Assembly: GCA_951406725.2 (NCBI GenBank)
Contig: OX597828.1
Span: 72,850,001 to 72,914,000, forward strand
Direction: 5' to 3'
DNA: 64,000 nucleotides
DNA from: Octopus vulgaris
Lineage: Eukaryota
Part shown: positions 55,112 through 64,000 of the stretch, piece by piece
How the letters are laid out: every line of letters begins with the position of its first letter
Position numbering within the stretch: the first letter of the stretch is position 1
Position numbers and translations under genes: made by a program
The notes under the pieces: generated by a model
Told to the model about the DNA's origin: nothing
Seen by the model: the letters and a program-made list of their open reading frames with translations, nothing else
Database searches by the model: none

Positions 55112-55532
55112 CTTTTAATTGCAATGAAAACGATAAATTAACTCCCAATCATTTCAAATCGGTCGCTTTATTTGTAACTCTTCTGCCCAATCAATATTAA
55201 GAATATTCCAAGACATACATTCTGCCTGGTTGTGCTCTTGTTTACTGGAATAGTTTCTGTTTTGTCATGTAATTATTCTTTATTAGTTTTAATTACCGAA
55301 TACATAAAATGTTTATTAGAATACAAATCAGAAAAGCGACAACAATAAAATTAAACGGCAAAGAATTACAGAATTCGTTGTTTCTTGCCTGGTTCTCGGT
55401 TCTCCTGCTTGGCTTCCGTTCCTCGTTAAACTGCGAGTGTCTCTGAAATACGGAGAAGAATTACAAGTTCTATATTTTCTTTCATTCATGATCTACATTG
55501 AGCTGCACGGTAGACTGTAGCATTATTTTGAT

Positions 55533-55820
55533 GTCACGGGATCAAGTGACCGACTGCATAATCGGATGTTGTTACACATCGCTGATCCCGATACGCTTTG
55601 CATTGTCTTTCAGCTTTTGAATGACGCCACCCTGCCGGGTAGGCCAGAACTCCCCTGGTCGGAAGGATAGTTCGTTGCGGAGTGACCCATTTACAACAGA
55701 GTGAACTGGAGGAACAGGATATGAACTGTTTTATCCAAGGAAACAACGCGCCGTTCGGTCCGAGATTCGAACTCCGATCTGGCGATCGTGATTGCAACAT
55801 CCTAAACACTAAGCCACGGA
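55533..55820 (-). mobile_element. SINE family C copy
   Basis: Reverse complement resembles 25296-25587 (gattcgaactcc, cctaaacactaagccacg). Confidence 0.65.
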
Positions 55821-56673
55821 TCTTCACGATCTGATAAAACAATGAGAAATTCCCTTATATTTAAAGAATTTATTGTAACCGAATTACTCATTCCACGTCA
55901 GTAATTCAATTCTTTTGTAAGAAAATATCAAGGCAATACATTTAAAGAACGTGGAAAGACTCATCTTAAAATTTTCGAAGTTTCTGATATATTAAGATAA
56001 ATTTTAGAACGCATTATCCACCATATTTGATGTTACCAAAGTAAAGGCATATATTATCGATCACTTATCGGTTAGATGTGTGCGAAAACCTTCTCGCTAT
56101 AATTACTTTGACTTTCATCTAATCGATCGTCAGGCCAACTTTGCAGAAAATTTAAGTTCTTGCATATTTTAAATTTTCTTTGTTTCCAGGTTATCTAAGA
56201 AACTCGATGTAAATATTCAAATTGAAGAAGACATGGTATGTTAATGCAAAACAATGTATTAGGCTAGATATAGTTTTATGTCCCCGTTTCTTAATTCCTC
56301 ATTCTATCTCTTACCATCTCTCCTATAAACATTAGGCCTCGCTATCTATCTTCGCATATGGTTCAGCAAGCAGTTTTTATATTTCTATTTGTAACACTTA
56401 GCTGTATAAAATTATACAAATTAATAAATTCGTTAAAAGACCACACGCATCTAGAAGAGGTTAAAGATTATTGATTGGCCGCAGAACTTGAATAGAGCTC
56501 CTTCTTCGAACCCACAGTGTTGTAAATGTAAAGACAACCTAAAAGCGGTTTTTGAAATCAAAGCGTAGACATGTAGCTACTAAATTCTAGATATGAAACA
56601 GGGTCTTTTTATGGGTGTTATCTTCAATAATATAGGCATGGACGCATGTTATATACGAAATTAGATACAATCG

Positions 56674-56710
<37 letters not shown>

Positions 56711-56821
56711 ACACGTGTATGTATATATGTATTTATGTATGAAGTTATGTATATGCATCTCCATGCATGTATATAAAATCATGTGATGGAGTTGCGCGTC
56801 GAAGACGACGTATTGGTGTTC

Positions 56822-57072
56822 AACCTTTGCCGAAGGACCTGCACAAGCGATTCGTTTATAGAGACCAAATGGTTTGTGTCGCACATTAGCTCACGTTCTC
56901 CATCAGGTCGATAATTATCTGTACAGATGCACGGTGTGCCACACTTCTGGTGTCGAAGCGATCGTAACGTAACGTGAAATAGAGTGTTATGCTCAACATA
57001 ACACCCAATCTAGGAATTGAAACCATGATCTCGCGATTATGAGTGCAAAACCGTAACCACTCGGCCATGCGT
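56822..57072 (-). mobile_element. SINE family C copy
   Basis: Reverse complement resembles 36542-36828. Confidence 0.6.
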
Positions 57073-57109
57073 TCTCACTAAAGTTCATATACGAACCGAA
57101 ATATATGCA

Positions 57110-57195
<86 letters not shown>

Positions 57196-57196
57196 A

Positions 57197-57336
<140 letters not shown>

Positions 57337-57434
57337 TTATATAGGCACCTTGGGAAAGTGTCTTCTACTATAATCGCGGGCCGACCAAAGTCTTTTGAGT
57401 GCATTTGGTAGACGAAAATTGAAAGAAGCCCGTC

Positions 57435-57481
<47 letters not shown>

Positions 57482-57490
<9 letters not shown>

Positions 57491-57839
57491 GGCAGTTTGT
57501 CTGTGTGTGTTTCTGTGTGTCTGTTAGGTTGTACCCTCACCCTGACCACGGCTTTCAACCGATTCTGATGAAACTTGACACACACATAGCCCAATGTCAT
57601 AATTCAAAACTAACGCAGCGAAAATTTTGAAAAGTTCCCCCAGTTCTGAAAAAAATCGATAAATTCCTCATGGGGTCGAGAATCAGAAACACAAACTACA
57701 GACTGTCTAGGGGACGCAACTCGACCTTTTTAACTAAAAAAAAAATTTACCATCATTTTTTTTCCATTTTTTGGCTCTCTAAAAATGCTTTATAGTTATT
57801 TCCCTTACAGACCCGAGCAACGCCGGGCGATACTGCTAG
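57482..57839 (+). mobile_element. Non-autonomous Helitron-like element
   Basis: 3' hairpin cccg-agcaacgc-cggg (57812-57827) followed by terminal CTAG (57836-57839) then T. The 5' end is lost in (TA)n. Confidence 0.75.
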
Positions 57840-58388
57840 TATATATATAAATAAATATAATACACAACTTCATTTTGAGATTGCTAGTGTTAACAAAACT
57901 CGCAAATAATTTCAGGGGATTTTAATATGTTTTTTAATCTTTTATCATCCCAAATTTTTTATTATACCTATGTTTTATAACTTTTAAATGTAAATTCACT
58001 GTGTTTTATGCATAACACCGATTTTTATCGCTTTATATATATTTTATATTCATATATTTGGAATTTATATATATTCGTTTTGTAAGAATATATGAATGTA
58101 TGTATGTATTTGATTTTCGAGCGTGGATCTTAATTATGTTCCTCTAGTTTCCGCTTACATTGCCTCCGTTGAAATTAAGAACTATATTTATATATATATA
58201 TATATATACAACAAGGATATCCAGAGGTAATGCAGTACGATCGTTTCAGGCGACTCCTTTTAAATGGACCTTTAGAAATGGTAGAAGGGTGTTTCTATAT
58301 AATCACCCCATTTTGAATTAAATGGATAATACCATACTAAATTCTGGTGCCTTTAACTTAAGTAACATATTCATCTCAATCTAAATTT

Positions 58389-58443
<55 letters not shown>

Positions 58444-59759
58444 TATGTGTATATCTACATAAAAGATATGTGTGTGTCTCTGTGAGAGTGTGTGCGTGTA
58501 TGTGAATGTGTGTCTGTGTGAAAGTATAGGCATAGATATTAGTGTGTATTAGGTTGACAATAATCAGGTCGCGTTATTCTTTTCCTGCAACAGACATCAG
58601 TTTAAGTCCAAAGCCTTTCATTGTATGTTGCACCAGTCGACCTAGATGAAAATAAGCACCAAGGTTAAGGAATGGGGTTTCTCAAGTGGAGAAAAAGGAA
58701 ATCTCTAGAGAAAATCACTTAAACAAAAGTTTAATCTAATTGATATACACAGGGGAGTGGGAGGAGAATGAATTTGATGTGTGGTAGCCTACGTCAAAAC
58801 TCCTGAGATATTTCTGTCTAAGAGAACTTTTTGGAGAAACGTAAATCACTTAATGGTTGCTAATGAATTACAATGGCTAATAATGTTTTGTGCGATAACA
58901 TTTGTTGATTACACAAGTTCAAATAATGACATTAAAAAAATCTATTGCTGAGAAAACTTGAATTAAGAGCAGCTTACAGTACTTAATGGAGTGATCTGAA
59001 AAAGTGTTTTATTATATATAATAATATAGCTTAAGTTATTAATCTAACGGAGAAAATCTTCAGCTTTGATGAAAACTTGTTACGCACAAAATACTATTTC
59101 TATTCGATGTTCTGATGTCTTCGTAGCTGTGAGTTGAACATGTTTGTCTAAGAAGATCCAGTAAGAATTTATCGCTATAACTGCCGAAGATCATAGCTAT
59201 TCCTCGTGTAGGTCTCCATTAAAATTGATTTTTGGTTATTGGGACTGTCACAGATTTTCTCCCTTATCTCCTGTGAGAAGAAATTTTTATTAACGCAAAA
59301 AATATTTTTGTCATTAATGTCACGTAATTAATAGAATTATTTTCAGGTCACCGTGTCTATTATGGTAGTTTGGCGTAGCTAATGATTGTCTGGTCACTGA
59401 CAAACTTTGCATATCGCTTATGTATTATTAAACACGACGAATATGAAATGTTTTTCTCTATCATCTCCATAGTTCAATACCTGTTCGATTGTCAGTAATT
59501 CATCAATTAATTTCGGAAAAGAAGCCATAAAATATAATATGATCAGATCTCGTGATTTTAAAGATTTATCTGCGTGTTAAGCCGAAACTTTTAAACTTCA
59601 CTTGCTATCAACATTAATCTTTGAATCTCACTTTGAACCCATTATTTATCAGGTTTTTTTCCAAGAACAGCTTCATATAACTCGCATCAAACAAATTTCC
59701 TTTTTAGGAAATCGATAATGCCTCCTAAGCAGTAACTTAACTCTCTCTATATATGAGAG

Positions 59760-59975
59760 GACCAATCGAAGAAGTTCTACAGCGCCTATGGCCTTTTTCA
59801 GGGTCTTTAGAAATGGTAGAAGGGTGTTTCTATATATATCAAGTGGCCAATCGGAGAAAGATGTACAGAGCCTATGGCCTTTTTAAGGACCTCTTGAAAA
59901 GGTAAAGGGGCGTTCATCTATATATCGACGAACCAATTGGAGGATGTGCAGAGCCTTTGGACTTTTGGGGGCCCC
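59760..59975. repeat. Degenerate ~85-bp tandem repeat (about 2.5 units)
   Basis: ccaatcg.ag...acag.gcctatggccttttt...gaaa.ggta.a.ggg.gtt..tatatatc recurs; a related fragment lies at ~58262-58302. Confidence 0.7.
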
Positions 59976-60276
59976 TAGCTTATTGCTCTCATGATTCCAC
60001 TACTCTGTCACGCAACTTACACTATATGACGACACAAAAGACGCGCGGACATATTAGACGCTCTCCAATTTCATCAGTGAATATTCAGGAAAAATATTTT
60101 CGTGCTCAACTTTGCTTATAGGACCCGGGGTGATTGCTTTGAGACATTCTGACAGTTTTTTGAAAAAGGGTTGCGTCTTATATGTCATCAAGTACGGTTG
60201 TTATTTCTCGACCTCTCGTCACCCTTGTTGTGTTCACTGCCTCACCACGCTATGTTAGCCAGTAAACTTACTCTCC

Positions 60277-60390
<114 letters not shown>

Positions 60391-62460
60391 GTACATACAT
60401 ATATATATACGCAAGCATATTTATATAAACACACATACACACACACATATATGTAAGTATATATATATGTATGTATATATGTATGTATACACGTTTGTGT
60501 ATGCTTGAGAGCATGTATGTAAATCACAGCACAAACATCTATACCATAGACATCTCACCCCCATGATGTTATCCATTTCTTCCAGAAACGGGGGGAGTGT
60601 TGAGATTAGGCCTAACAACCTCTTTTCAGCTGACATTTTACAAAAACCCATTGAAAGAAACTATAAAACATGGCGGACATGAACGGGATGGAACATGAGA
60701 CAGCGGCTTAAAAACCAATATAGTGGAGAATAATCGTACTTAATTCATTTTCTTGGATGCTATTCCTAATTTGGTCAAATTTTCTTTTAATCCAGCAAAT
60801 ATCGATAAAGTGAATCCAATAAATCTACGAATCGAATCATTGAACTGTCCATTCTAAAACTATCATTTTACAAAACACACAAAAAAGATAATAATATTCG
60901 CTTACATTTTTCTTTTAATTCCTACTTGTTAAGGATTGATTCTGGGGGCGGAATATCGTATTTTGCCATACAAGGGGACATAGAATTGAGCGGAATATCG
61001 TTTTCTTCCATAGAAGGGGGCATAAAATTGGAGGCTGCGTAGCTGAATATATTTCAAACGGACTTTAATAAATATTCGTGCATTAATCCGAAAGTTTCTA
61101 CTTATATTTAAGTCCTTATATCTCAATGATCTAATTCAATATTATTCAAGTAATTTTTTTGGTAAAAGGCCAATTTCTGTATATGTTATATAAAGGTATG
61201 GAGTAAAAAAAAAATAGAGAATAAAATACAACGTTAAATTGATTACATAAATAATTGCTTAATTTCAGAATAGAAGAAATAATCTTTTAAATTTAGGTGA
61301 TTCTGTAACTGATTTCTAAAGTTAAGCTTTAAGAGAAAATCGGAAGCAATAAATTCGATATAAAAGCGATTTACTAGAAGCTGGAAACATAATCTTTTTT
61401 TTTTACGTGTGTGGTAAATATTTATTTATAAAGTAATCGGCTTTAAAATAATGTCTTGCACGAAAATCTAATTTTTGTTTTCCAATAGAAATGATTGATT
61501 TCCAAACTTTACATATACCCCCACCCACAAGAAACACTAACAGATAGATTCAAATGCTAAAATTAATGAAGTTTGCTTTTGTTATATGTACATTAATATA
61601 AATTATTTATTTATATAGTATTTTCTGTTATAAATGACTATTTTAATGTCAAAAACGGTTATTTACATATTATTTTCGCTTTTTTAAGCTTGATATCCAA
61701 TTTTATAGAACATGGAGCCTTGAGAATGCTGGGATACAATCATAATTTTCACTGATAACACTGACAAAACCAGCGTCAGTGGAATGGTTGCATGACTCGA
61801 GAAGCGAATTAAAATTATTAATATTCTGTCAAACAAACTACCATTCGTTATGAAATAATGTCATCCAAGAAGATGTTTTCTCAAATGCCAGTCATTCTTT
61901 AGGAAGTAAATGGAAGGGTTAATATTGTAACAATGGCCAGCGATTTGAAATGGAATTCTGGGAAAATATAAAATAAAAAAGATTGATATTCTTCTTGAGC
62001 AATAAAATGATAAGAAACTATATTTATAGGGGGAAAAATGACTAAATATGGCAGTTTCTACACGAGACCTAGTGTCGACAGAATTCGGAAAATATTTGTG
62101 CACAATGGGCAAGCGTTCACAGCACGACGTGTCTTTTACCTTAATCTCGGATCGATCAAGTCTTCGGGAATGAAATTTGGTAGATGGAAACTGTATGGAA
62201 ACCTGTCGGACCATTCCTATTTTGGGGGTTCTAGAATTAATCCATTGCTAGTAATAATACCATCAACGGGCTCTTAACTGCTTTTAGTGGAATCTTCTTA
62301 GTTGCAATTAATCTGGTCAGGTATTTTTCATTTTACTGTCAATTTCAGAGCCCCTTAAAGGAATCGCTATTCTTTCTCTTTTTGCGAAAACTTTAAAATA
62401 AAATTACGGAGAAGTACTTGCATAGTAAGTGACCTGATCTGAGATCGTGTGCTGAAACAA

Positions 62461-62732
62461 AACAATTACAGGATGGAAGGTGTTTATTAGCCATTTAAAA
62501 ATACACAAAAGCCGTTCGATTTACTTCAACATTTAATTTGCCAAGATATTTTCATCGCTTTGAGATCGCGACCTCTTCACTGATAAAATTATGTGCTGCA
62601 TCTCACTGAATTTTGTCAGTGAACAGGTCGCGGTCTCAAAGCGATGAAAATATTTTGGCAAATTAAATTTAAACATTGAAGTGCTTTTGTGTTTTTAAAT
62701 GGCTTATAAACACCTTCCAATCCGTAATTGTT
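62461..62732. mobile_element. Foldback element / MITE with ~125 bp imperfect arms
   Basis: 62461-62590 is inverted at 62609-62732 with a few mismatches and indels; 18-nt loop. Confidence 0.8.
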
Positions 62733-62809
62733 AAAAATAAAAGCAAACAAACAATTCAGCATGCTAAATGCAACCTCGTGAACATGTTAGGTGAATGCTA
62801 TAAAGCAAA

Positions 62810-63052
62810 GGTAAAGGTTACATCTTCAAGTCAAACTGACTCATAAGGGTCAGTTTCCATGGCGTGTGAATTCTCCACCTGTAAGGAACACCGATCCATC
62901 ACTGGATCATTCATTTTTGCCAGCTGACTGGACTGGAAGAACGTGAAATGAAGTGCTTTGCTCAAGAACACAATTCATCACCCGGTCCAGGAATTGAAAC
63001 CACCATCTTACGATCATGAGTTCAACACCATAACCACTAAACCACGCGCCTC
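62810..63052 (-). mobile_element. SINE family C-like copy with (acctttt)-type tail
   Basis: gaaatgaagtgctttgctcaagaacacaa...ggaattgaaaccac...taaccactaaaccacgcgcc; aaaggtaaaggt at the 3' end. Confidence 0.65.
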
Positions 63053-63262
63053 CACAGGGGAATAGCATTGGCACACCTAATGCAGTGTTAGAGGAAGTTG
63101 GATCAAGAGACGCAATTTATTTTCTGTGCAAGAGACATAGATTGATATCATTGCTACTTCGGTACCGTTTGGCGAAAGTTTAAGAGAAATGTTACTGGAA
63201 AAGACGAAGGGTGTCGATTACCTACGAAGCCGATTATATAAAGAAGTAGAGTCAACTGTCTA

Positions 63263-63318
<56 letters not shown>

Positions 63319-63488
63319 ACTATCAATTAAAAATATAGAACTTCTTTGATAAAATCATCAACGATCAAAGTGTCTTTATTGCTTGGAAATCAATTTTTGA
63401 TATCATATATTCGATTATATTGATTGATTATTTTTTTAACTTTAATTACTCAAGAATTCCAATTTTTTCTATATATATATATTTTCAG

Positions 63489-63687
63489 ACTTCTTACCAC
63501 TTTTGAGACATTGTTTTGGGCTGCCTTTGGAATGGGAAATCCAAAAGCTCCAAAGTCTACTGGGAAAAGTAACCACTTGGTTGAAACAGTGGGAAATTTA
63601 ATGTATGGAGTGTATATAATCGGAGCTGTGGTTGTTCTTATTAATATGCTTATTGCCATGATGAGCAATACGTTCGAGGAAATACAG
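63489..63687 (+). CDS. TRPC: TRPC-family channel, exon F (pore helix, filter, S6)
   Basis: tttcag|A ... CAG|gtaatt; 199 nt, phase 2-0, joins exon E in frame (GA+A = Glu). Contains the LFW pore-helix motif (TFETLFWAAFG) and S6 VVVLINMLIAMMSNTFEEIQ. Confidence 0.94.
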
Positions 63688-64000
63688 GTAATTACTTGCT
63701 TTATGTCTTTAAACTTTTAAAGCTTTTAATTAATCTTATTATAATTCTGCTTGTTCCTTCGTTACTTAGCCCATCCGTAACGCTTCCGCCAAGGAAAGGC
63801 GGAGAGCGAAATAAAAACGAGAGAGAAAAAGAGGATAAGGCGCAGAGTAAGTGATAAAGAGGAAGAGTACTGTGTATTAAGTTTATAAAATTGTGCAAAA
63901 ATTATATAAAGTGTATATATAAAGTGCATTAAATAACCATGGTATTTCAGTTTCCTTCACTTTTCAACGATTAGCGAACGAGCGACTATCTTTTGATACA

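Noticed and set aside
57565-57575. CTGATGAAA as a hammerhead core
   Set aside because: No stems; it is internal sequence of the Helitron-like element.

Overview
AT-rich, microsatellite-dense eukaryotic genomic DNA; the SINE and repeat content looks cephalopod (Octopus-like; this is an inference). The backbone is six + strand coding exons (1218-1376, 12169-12333, 21064-21223, 22472-22651, 28562-28805, 63489-63687; 1107 nt, 369 aa, all GT-AG with compatible phases) of a TRPC3/6/7-like cation channel. They cover the pre-S1 region to S6, and both ends of the gene lie outside the window. The introns hold a 5'-truncated CR1-type LINE, mariner, hAT and Helitron remnants and MITEs, a decayed Penelope-like RT, many tRNA-derived SINEs and several long hairpins. 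Two signals are not explained by the ORF track. (1) A set of type-I hammerhead ribozyme motifs: one with an intact core antisense to the gene (36300-36446) and several weakened or damaged ones on the sense strand. (2) A heavily decayed LRR-TM-TIR (Toll-like receptor-like) sequence nested antisense in the 34.7 kb last intron (~47900-51430). Most short ORFs in the track are microsatellite translations. Repeat boundaries were read by eye and are approximate.
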